A DNA stretch of 64,000 bases, from positions 160,001 to 224,000 of the IMG/VR virus record IMGVR_UViG_3300045988_171772; one strand, written 5' to 3'. The position numbers and the translations under genes are program-made. Shown in pieces: positions 54,323 to 60,936 of this stretch. Source of the DNA: a virus. The notes beneath the pieces are model-generated. The model made no database searches and had not been told where the DNA came from. It saw nothing but the letters and a program-made list of their open reading frames with translations. Each line of letters begins with the position of its first letter. Positions within the stretch are counted from its first letter, which is position 1.

Positions 54323-54372
54323 TTAAAAAGAAAGGATACCTCAGGATTTACCGAGAATTATCCTTTCTTTTT
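54323..54372 (-). terminator. intrinsic terminator
   Basis: 12-bp stem AAAGAAAGGATA (54327-54338) / TATCCTTTCTTT (54359-54370), with a T-run on the minus strand. Confidence 0.65.
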
Positions 54373-54377
54373 GAGAA

Positions 54378-55187
54378 TTACTTTTTATTCATCGTCTCAT
54401 CGGTCATGACCTTGGCTGTATAGGGGAAGATAGACTTCCTCTTGATGATCTCATGATGAAGGGCGTAATTCTCTCTGAATTCTTCCACTGTGCAGATGGG
54501 GAATTCCCATACGATCATATCATATGATGATTTGAATCGGACTGGATAATAGTAGCAGCATTGAGAGACCATAGGTTCGTCATTGAGACTGTGCTCCACA
54601 TCGTAATCAACACGAATGGTGTGAATATCCGGAGGGCTGATGAAGGACTTGACGATCATGAAGACGATGGCTCGAGGAAATTCATCCTTTTGCTCCTCTT
54701 CATCCAAGATCACCATAGATCCTTTCTGAATCTCATACATCCAGGATTTCTGAATGGGTTGCACATACCCAATCGTCTCTCTGGCATAGATGTAATTCTT
54801 TCTTGTGATTCCTTTCAGACTGGAGAGTCCCTCTTTGTCTTCCGGACTAACAGGCAATTCCATATATGCCACATTGGTATTGTATTTCTTCGCCTCTTCA
54901 TAGGGAAGTTCCATCCCATAGAAATCAGATTTTGGTCTGTTATTGGGATCGGCACTGAGAATCTCAATGACAGAGACGAAGGAATCCATGATATTGGGGA
55001 AATCCTCTCTAGATCCTATAATGACAAAGAAGGGATTATTGGCCACTACCTTTGCCTTATTGGATCTGGCATAGGCTTCGATGATATAATACTTACTATC
55101 ATTTTCATCAAGCCGGATATTCCACTGAAAGAGATCTGGATTGATGACATGGTAGCATTCAATGAAGGTACTACTCGGCGCTTTCAT
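54378..55187 (-). CDS. hypothetical protein (269 aa)
   Basis: GGAGGTGA SD 9 nt upstream. Confidence 0.7.
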   Translation of the reverse strand: MKAPSSTFIECYHVINPDLFQWNIRLDENDSKYYIIEAYARSNKAKVVANNPFFVIIGSREDFPNIMDSFVSVIEILSADPNNRPKSDFYGMELPYEEAKKYNTNVAYMELPVSPEDKEGLSSLKGITRKNYIYARETIGYVQPIQKSWMYEIQKGSMVILDEEEQKDEFPRAIVFMIVKSFISPPDIHTIRVDYDVEHSLNDEPMVSQCCYYYPVRFKSSYDMIVWEFPICTVEEFRENYALHHEIIKRKSIFPYTAKVMTDETMNKK

Positions 55188-55206
55188 TGGTATGACTCAC
55201 CTCCAT

Positions 55207-55259
55207 ATAAAAAGAAAGGCAGTTTACAGATCCATCTCCCCAGAGATCCATAAACTACC
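55207..55259 (-). terminator. intrinsic terminator
   Basis: 15-bp stem 55218-55232/55245-55259. Its three non-Watson-Crick positions are G-U pairs only on the minus strand, and it is followed by TTTCTTTTTA. Confidence 0.7.
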
Positions 55260-55268
55260 TTGTTTGGA

Positions 55269-56306
55269 TTAGACTTTATCCTTGGCTTTGTCGGCGGCTT
55301 CCTTGATGATCTCATTGATCTTATCAACATAACCAGACACGACATGAGCCAGATTCGGATATTCCGCCTCATCCAGATTCCGAAGATCGGCACGGAGTTC
55401 ATAGACATTGTCATTGAACATCCGGCTGATCCTCTTGGTATACAAATCCAGCATCTGGGTCTGAATCTGCTCGGGCGCATCCTCAAGAACATCCAGAGCG
55501 AAGGTAGTCAGAGAATTCCAAACCTTCTTCACTTCGGATCCCTTGAAGTCATTGATGCGATTCATACCCTCGAGAAGGATATAGGTCGCAACCTCAACCA
55601 CATTGGATTCACCCATAATCTGAGAGAAGAACCGACCCCACTTGACACGATCCATGTTCACTTCATAGGAATCGACGATCTCATAGATGTCGGTCAGTAC
55701 CCGATTGGCATAGAAACCAACCTGATACTTATTGATATACTTGGGATCCGGAACTCCCAGGAAAGCACTCCGGCAGATCTCCACCGGCATATTGGAGTCA
55801 TACGAGACTCTCTTGGCTCTCCTCTTGATAATCTTCATGGCGGTCTTGATCAGATCCTTGAGATTATCATTATACTTATTGATGTGGATCATCTCTTCTC
55901 TGGCTTCAGACCGAGAGATGTTTCCTTTCTCCAGATCACTCCGAGTCCGATCTTCAAACTCTTGAGAGACCTGGATACCAGCCAGAGCAACAGTATGCAG
56001 GAAGGTTGCCACAGACCGATCGAATTCATCATAGCCATTATAGGCTTCTTCTTCGATCGCATTAACAGTGGTCTTGATGACCTTCCGATGGGCCATCATG
56101 ACATACATGTCCTTGGTATCCTTCTGCAACTTAGCACGATCGATCTCTTCCGGAGGATTGAAGAGCATCCTCATAAACTCTTCACTCTCCAGATAATAGA
56201 CAATCGCTCTTTCTGCGGTAGACGCAGATACTCGTTTCTGAATGATGTCATCCAATAGGTCATTGAATGAATCAATCGTAAACGAATTTCGTTTGCGCAA
56301 TCCCAT
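55269..56306 (-). CDS. hypothetical helical protein (345 aa), co-operonic with the tubulin homologue
   Basis: AAAGGAGG SD. The start lies 49 nt downstream of the tubulin gene stop, with no terminator between them. Confidence 0.7.
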   Translation of the reverse strand: MGLRKRNSFTIDSFNDLLDDIIQKRVSASTAERAIVYYLESEEFMRMLFNPPEEIDRAKLQKDTKDMYVMMAHRKVIKTTVNAIEEEAYNGYDEFDRSVATFLHTVALAGIQVSQEFEDRTRSDLEKGNISRSEAREEMIHINKYNDNLKDLIKTAMKIIKRRAKRVSYDSNMPVEICRSAFLGVPDPKYINKYQVGFYANRVLTDIYEIVDSYEVNMDRVKWGRFFSQIMGESNVVEVATYILLEGMNRINDFKGSEVKKVWNSLTTFALDVLEDAPEQIQTQMLDLYTKRISRMFNDNVYELRADLRNLDEAEYPNLAHVVSGYVDKINEIIKEAADKAKDKV

Positions 56307-56355
56307 AGGTTATTCCTCCTTTTGTATTTGGATTACTCTATAATGATATACGCAA

Positions 56356-57516
56356 TTAGAAAATATCAGGAATGTCAGTCAGCTTTGCCTTGTCATTCCG
56401 AACGGAAGAGACACCGAGAATTCGATTCCGGTTGGCATCATTCCGAGTGGACTTGATGGCAGAGAGATCTGCCAGCTCATCCGACACAGAAGCCGTATCA
56501 GTATTGTTGAGGGCTTCACATTCCTTGGCAATCTCAGTGCATTCCGAGATACGGTTGATAGGCTTGGACATACCAGACATGATGACAGAGAAGTCAGCAC
56601 GCTGGGCATTCTCCACCGTATAGTTGAGGAAGGTAGCCAGAGGACGACCGGTATATCCTTCCAACTCAGAGAAGTTCCCAGACTTGCAGGGGTCATTCGT
56701 CTGATCCGGAGTATTCATGATGATACCGAGATTCCGAACGACACGATCCTTCTGAGGATCTACAGCCGCAGTATGCTCCAACATATCAATCATGATCGCC
56801 TGGGAAGATTTCTCAGACAGATCATTCTTGGTGATGTTGGCACGATGGTTGATCATCATGTATCCTTCAGTGGAGAGCATGGTCAGCATGTCAGACTCAT
56901 CGATCATCCCATAAGGAGTTTCCTTGAGATAATCACCACGAATGACACTGACACAATCTGCGATATACTCCGCAGTCTTCCGATAGGCTTCCTCCATCGG
57001 ATCATCCTCAAAGGAATGCAGATCAGAGAGCATGTAGGTCATATGCAGCTTGGGATTGGTGACCTCATTCATGCACTCAACGGTGTTGAACTGAGCCTGA
57101 GCAGACTCAGAATGCTTCGGAAGAATCCCGAAGAAGATGATGACCTTATTGGGATAGAAGGTCATCAGACGATTGACGAGAAGCGGACCAGCACCAGAGC
57201 CAGTGCCACCAGAAGTAGATGCTGCCACAATGACAACATCGGCATCCTCGATCACATCGGTAAAAGCAGGAGTCTGATTGAAGAGGCGTTCGAGTTCGAT
57301 GGTCAGAAACCCTTTGGCATTCTGACGGTTCTTACCCGCACCACGCTTATTGCCGATGAGGAAGGACGGAATGGTCTTATCCAAGATCTTATCGTCCAGA
57401 TCCTTCTGGCTCGAGTTGATGCAGAAGACGGTGTGACCCTTCTTGCGGGCCACTTCGACTGCCTGGCAACCAGCGTTGCCAATACCGATGAGTGAGACTT
57501 TCAAATTCGTATCCAT
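56356..57516 (-). CDS. tubulin/FtsZ-superfamily GTPase (phage PhuZ/TubZ-like)
   Basis: N-terminal GIGNAGCQ (cf. FtsZ GVGGGGGNA), GAGKNRQNAKG, and the tubulin signature SGGTGSGAGP (GGGTG[ST]G; nt 57193-57210). The protein is 386 aa. AAAGGAG SD. Confidence 0.8.
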   Translation of the reverse strand: MDTNLKVSLIGIGNAGCQAVEVARKKGHTVFCINSSQKDLDDKILDKTIPSFLIGNKRGAGKNRQNAKGFLTIELERLFNQTPAFTDVIEDADVVIVAASTSGGTGSGAGPLLVNRLMTFYPNKVIIFFGILPKHSESAQAQFNTVECMNEVTNPKLHMTYMLSDLHSFEDDPMEEAYRKTAEYIADCVSVIRGDYLKETPYGMIDESDMLTMLSTEGYMMINHRANITKNDLSEKSSQAIMIDMLEHTAAVDPQKDRVVRNLGIIMNTPDQTNDPCKSGNFSELEGYTGRPLATFLNYTVENAQRADFSVIMSGMSKPINRISECTEIAKECEALNNTDTASVSDELADLSAIKSTRNDANRNRILGVSSVRNDKAKLTDIPDIF

Positions 57517-57548
57517 AATATAGATACACTCCTTTCTATTTTAGTATA

Positions 57549-57560
57549 AAAATAATATAT
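57549..57560 (-). promoter_or_regulatory. promoter-like motif ATATATTATTTT
   Basis: Copy of RTATATTATT, 33 nt upstream of the tubulin ATG at 57516. Confidence 0.35.
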
Positions 57561-57796
57561 GTAAAAATTCCGTTTCCTGAATCGTATAGGAGCCCTGAGA
57601 TTAACAAGCTCTAAAGATATGGTTTTCTTAGAAATACAAAAATGTAAGTACCGAAGAATACGATCTTCTCTGGTGCTTTCGGGCTATTCGGATTGTGTTA
57701 AGATCCGGACTAAGATGGGCTGTCTTAGTTATTGGCTAATTCCTCCTTAGATGTTTTCTGACATTTCGATTTCCTCCTTTTAGATTTCCATTCGGC

Positions 57797-57857
57797 AAAA
57801 CCTCCCATAGGATTCCAAGCGGGTATACGGAATCCTATGGGAGGTTTTATTTGTTTC
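57797..57857. terminator. intrinsic terminator (20-bp stem)
   Basis: AAAACCTCCCATAGGATTCC (57797-57816) / GGAATCCTATGGGAGGTTTT (57829-57848), immediately after the stop at 57859. Confidence 0.75.
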
Positions 57858-57858
57858 G

Positions 57859-58623
57859 TTAGATATAAGGACTATCCTTGTCAGTGAGAGCCTGACTTCT
57901 TTCTTCATTCTTGGGTTTTGGAAGAAGATTTCCACTGCCAATCAGATTGGTCTTAAACCCTTGCATGAGGAAGTAGATATTCAGTGTATTCAGAGAAGTC
58001 TTATTGGCCTTGTCATTGGTAAGATCCTTCATGGATACATACCCATTCTTCGCAATGGCAGTGGCCATCTCGTTTCTGGCAACTTCATCATCCGCTCTGG
58101 GACCTAAGAATTCCTTCAGAGCATATTCAGCACCAGTGGCAAGAAGAGAGTAAGTCTCCACGTCAGAGTTACGACCATTCTTGTCATCACCAGTAACCTG
58201 ACCAGTCAGAGGATTTCTCTGAGTATTGGATGTAGATCCGGAGTTCTTCTTCTCCAATGTCTGCATCATTCTCTTTTCATGGATGTAACCAACAGGAACC
58301 TTCTCAGGTGTCACGGTTACATTCTCAAGATCATGGTTGATATGAGGGAGATAGACAGTCTCATACAGAGGGACTCCCAGATATTTGGCAGCCTTCTCAA
58401 TATTCTCATATTTGATATCTCTCATATACTCAACGATCTCAAGATAGAATTGCTGAGAATCATCTGCAAAGAATTTACGGATGTATTTGTCAAATTGATC
58501 ATCGCTCATGGAAGAGAAAAACTTCTCGTACTTCTTCGCATTATCTCCCGAAGGATCCAAGAGATTAAAAGTATCCAGAAGCATCTTCATGAACTTCTTT
58601 CTCTTTTCCGCAATGGTAGCCAT
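57859..58623 (-). CDS. hypothetical protein whose C-terminal ~140 aa resembles the extreme C-terminus of RNA polymerase beta (254 aa)
   Basis: AAGGAGG SD. VPVGYIHEKRMMQTLEKKNSGSTSNTQRNPLTGQVTGDDKNGRNSDVETYSLLATGAEYALKEFLGPRADDEVARNEM lines up with E. coli RpoB [78 protein letters not shown] (from memory). Confidence 0.4.
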   Translation of the reverse strand: MATIAEKRKKFMKMLLDTFNLLDPSGDNAKKYEKFFSSMSDDQFDKYIRKFFADDSQQFYLEIVEYMRDIKYENIEKAAKYLGVPLYETVYLPHINHDLENVTVTPEKVPVGYIHEKRMMQTLEKKNSGSTSNTQRNPLTGQVTGDDKNGRNSDVETYSLLATGAEYALKEFLGPRADDEVARNEMATAIAKNGYVSMKDLTNDKANKTSLNTLNIYFLMQGFKTNLIGSGNLLPKPKNEERSQALTDKDSPYI

Positions 58624-58640
58624 AATGATTTCTTTCCTCC

Positions 58641-60020
58641 TTAGCTCTTCATCGCACTAAACACGAAGTAGAGGAAAATCGCTCTGCGGAATCCGTTTAT
58701 GGTTCCACTAGAGGTAGTATTGCGATAGGTTTTGCTTCCTCTCTTCAGCCACTGATGAGAGAGTTCCTTGATCCGAATGACATTGGGTTCTTTGGAGTTA
58801 CCACTCTTGTAAGCTTGCTCTGCTATAAGAGCAAATGCCTTCGAGTGAATATCCTCATCCTTAGCATTCGGATTCCGGCTGAAGAAGAGAGTGAAGAGAG
58901 CAGAATAGAAATCTGTAAGCTCATCGATATGTCTCTCTTGTCTCATATTCTCCAGACAGAGAATCAATTCATCTGGAGACACTTTCATTGCTTTACAGAT
59001 CTTGACAATCTGACCTCTATTCAGAGAAGTGGAATAGAATTTCGACACATTCAGAGAGACGAGCTTGCTGATTCTACCAGAAAGAAAATCGGTCTCGATG
59101 ACATTTCCTTCATCATCTCGATTGTCTCCCTGAGAAAGAGAGACATTTCCTTCTTTGTAATTCTCCATATACTTCTTTCGAATGGAGGAGAATTGTCCAT
59201 TCAATCTTGTCTTCAACTGGTTGATCATATATTCCATTCCCCAGTCTGATCCATCTTTCCAAAGTTTGTCATAGTCATACTTGGAATTGGAAGACTTAGA
59301 AGATTCTGAATTCATCTTAGGATCAAAGACTCGATTGGCCAATTTCTGCATCATGACTTCGATAGAACCAGCCTTCTTCAGAATCATACCATTCTGGAGA
59401 TTGTCAATGGTGTAAACCATGGTGGCAGGTCTAGCGACTCCATATCTGAAATTGGAAGAGAAGAGAGAATAGTAGAGATTGTATTCATAATAGAGCTTAC
59501 ACATCTCATACTGAGTCTTCTTTTTCTCATTGAATTTGTAATAGCGAATCACAAACATGAGAAGCACCCTGAAGGGAGTGATATTCTTCTGCTCCTGGAC
59601 AAAAGGAGGTTTCTCAAGATCCTTGATCAACTTATCCAATTCATCCTCGTCCACTCCACAACAGGTAAAGAGGATATTCTTATCATTATCCGTAAAGATC
59701 ATATTCTTCAAAATATAAATATCAGAAAGAATATCCACATTCTTATTTCGATAGGATTCAATGTATTTTGTGAGTGTCGCTTCATACTTAGGGAGATTCT
59801 CTTTGATCTTGGGATCCAGAAAGTCTCTCAGTCTGAAGGACTTCATATTTCGATCTGCAAAAAGAGAGCGGATCATTCTCCGCTCTTCTTGTGATTCAGG
59901 TGCATCCCAGTCATCTGGCTTTTCAAATGACTTAGCCTCGGTGACAGGAAGATCCATACTCGAATCATCTAAGAGATCGCCAAAGGTCAACGGAGATACT
60001 TGGGTCTCGTTGAATACCAT
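58641..60020 (-). CDS. hypothetical protein (459 aa)
   Basis: AGGAGG lies 9 nt upstream. Its stop is 17 nt before the next start, so it is co-transcribed with the 254-aa gene. Confidence 0.7.
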   Translation of the reverse strand: MVFNETQVSPLTFGDLLDDSSMDLPVTEAKSFEKPDDWDAPESQEERRMIRSLFADRNMKSFRLRDFLDPKIKENLPKYEATLTKYIESYRNKNVDILSDIYILKNMIFTDNDKNILFTCCGVDEDELDKLIKDLEKPPFVQEQKNITPFRVLLMFVIRYYKFNEKKKTQYEMCKLYYEYNLYYSLFSSNFRYGVARPATMVYTIDNLQNGMILKKAGSIEVMMQKLANRVFDPKMNSESSKSSNSKYDYDKLWKDGSDWGMEYMINQLKTRLNGQFSSIRKKYMENYKEGNVSLSQGDNRDDEGNVIETDFLSGRISKLVSLNVSKFYSTSLNRGQIVKICKAMKVSPDELILCLENMRQERHIDELTDFYSALFTLFFSRNPNAKDEDIHSKAFALIAEQAYKSGNSKEPNVIRIKELSHQWLKRGSKTYRNTTSSGTINGFRRAIFLYFVFSAMKS

Positions 60021-60222
60021 GTCTCTATACCTCCTAGATAGTTGGATTTGATAAGCTTATCGTGGTGTTTTGAGGCTAAGGGATCCAGGGGAAAGAAAAG
60101 ATTTAACAAATGAGTAAAGTCGTATTTGTATTCTCCTTCATACGACTGACATTTCTGAAATCATTTGCCCATGTTCAGTTTTTACCTTTCTTTTCCTATC
60201 ATAGTTGAATCTCCTTTGTCTG

Positions 60223-60264
60223 AATCCCCAGATACCTAGCGCCAACTATAGGTATCTGGGGATT
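60223..60264 (-). terminator. second hairpin of a tandem terminator
   Basis: 15-bp perfect stem AATCCCCAGATACCT (60223-60237) / AGGTATCTGGGGATT (60250-60264). Confidence 0.5.
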
Positions 60265-60274
60265 TGTTTTCTTG

Positions 60275-60320
60275 AATAAAAAAGAAAAAAGATGGGGACC
60301 CGTAAAAAGGTCCCCATCTT
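60275..60320 (-). terminator. intrinsic terminator
   Basis: 12-bp stem AAGATGGGGACC (60289-60300) / GGTCCCCATCTT (60309-60320), followed on the minus strand by TTTTTTCTTTTTTATT. Confidence 0.8.
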
Positions 60321-60346
60321 TGTGCTGGCATGGAAGCCATTGAGAT

Positions 60347-60583
60347 TTACTCAACAGCTTCCGTGGCAGCGGTGTCGGGCAGGTCGTCTTCCAGGTCACC
60401 CAGATCGACATCCTCGGCAGCCTCGGTGGTAGCCTCTGCAGCCGCAGTAGCCGCCAGCTTGCTCTTGTCGATGGCATTCTTGATGTCACCGACACCATTG
60501 GCGATCATGATACCGCCGCAACCGACAGCGCCAGCGCCGATAGTGATTTTGCCGATGCCCTTCAAAATTTCAGTGTTGATCAT
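60347..60583 (-). CDS. small glycine-zipper membrane protein with acidic tail (78 aa)
   Basis: GAAAGGA lies 8 nt upstream. Contains GIGKITIGAGAVGCGGIMIANGVG followed by an A/T/E/D-rich tail. Strongly G+C-elevated. Confidence 0.65.
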   Translation of the reverse strand: MINTEILKGIGKITIGAGAVGCGGIMIANGVGDIKNAIDKSKLAATAAAEATTEAAEDVDLGDLEDDLPDTAATEAVE

Positions 60584-60666
60584 AATGATATTCCTTTCTG
60601 GTTTTAACGACTTTTCCTTGTCGTAATTTTGGTAGTAATAAAGAGACTTATTCCCTCTATTCTACT

Positions 60667-60678
60667 TTAATAATATAC
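60667..60678 (-). promoter_or_regulatory. promoter-like motif GTATATTATTAA
   Basis: Copy of RTATATTATT, 84 nt upstream of the ATG at 60583. Confidence 0.3.
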
Positions 60679-60717
60679 ATGATTTTGTACCCGACTTTTC
60701 GATTCGGTGATAGGCTT

Positions 60718-60807
60718 CTAACTACTGTCATCATCGTCGAATACCTCTTCCGGGGCTTCAAAATCTTCTTCAATTACGGCCCCATAATACCCGTTCAACT
60801 CATTCAA
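60718..60807 (-). CDS. possible acidic micro-protein (29 aa, TTG start)
   Basis: AAAGGAGG lies 7 nt upstream of the TTG at 60807. Reads (M)NELNGYYGAVIEEDFEAPEEVFDDDDSS. Below the ORF-track length cutoff. Confidence 0.25.
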   Translation of the reverse strand: MNELNGYYGAVIEEDFEAPEEVFDDDDSS

Positions 60808-60828
60808 TAAATTACCTCCTTTCTACCT

Positions 60829-60841
60829 ATATAATATATAG
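60829..60841 (-). promoter_or_regulatory. promoter-like motif ATATATTATA
   Basis: Near-copy of RTATATTATT, 22 nt upstream of the micro-ORF start. Confidence 0.25.
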
Positions 60842-60873
60842 ACTTTAACCCCTCACTTTTCAATTCGAGCAGT

Positions 60874-60936
60874 TTATAAAAAATATCCCGAATAAGATCA
60901 CACAAAATTTCGATCTTATTCGGGATTTTCTTTTTA
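60874..60936. terminator. intrinsic terminator after the topoisomerase genes
   Basis: 15-bp stem ATCCCGAATAAGATC (60885-60899) / GATCTTATTCGGGAT (60912-60926), flanked by A- and T-runs. Confidence 0.75.
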
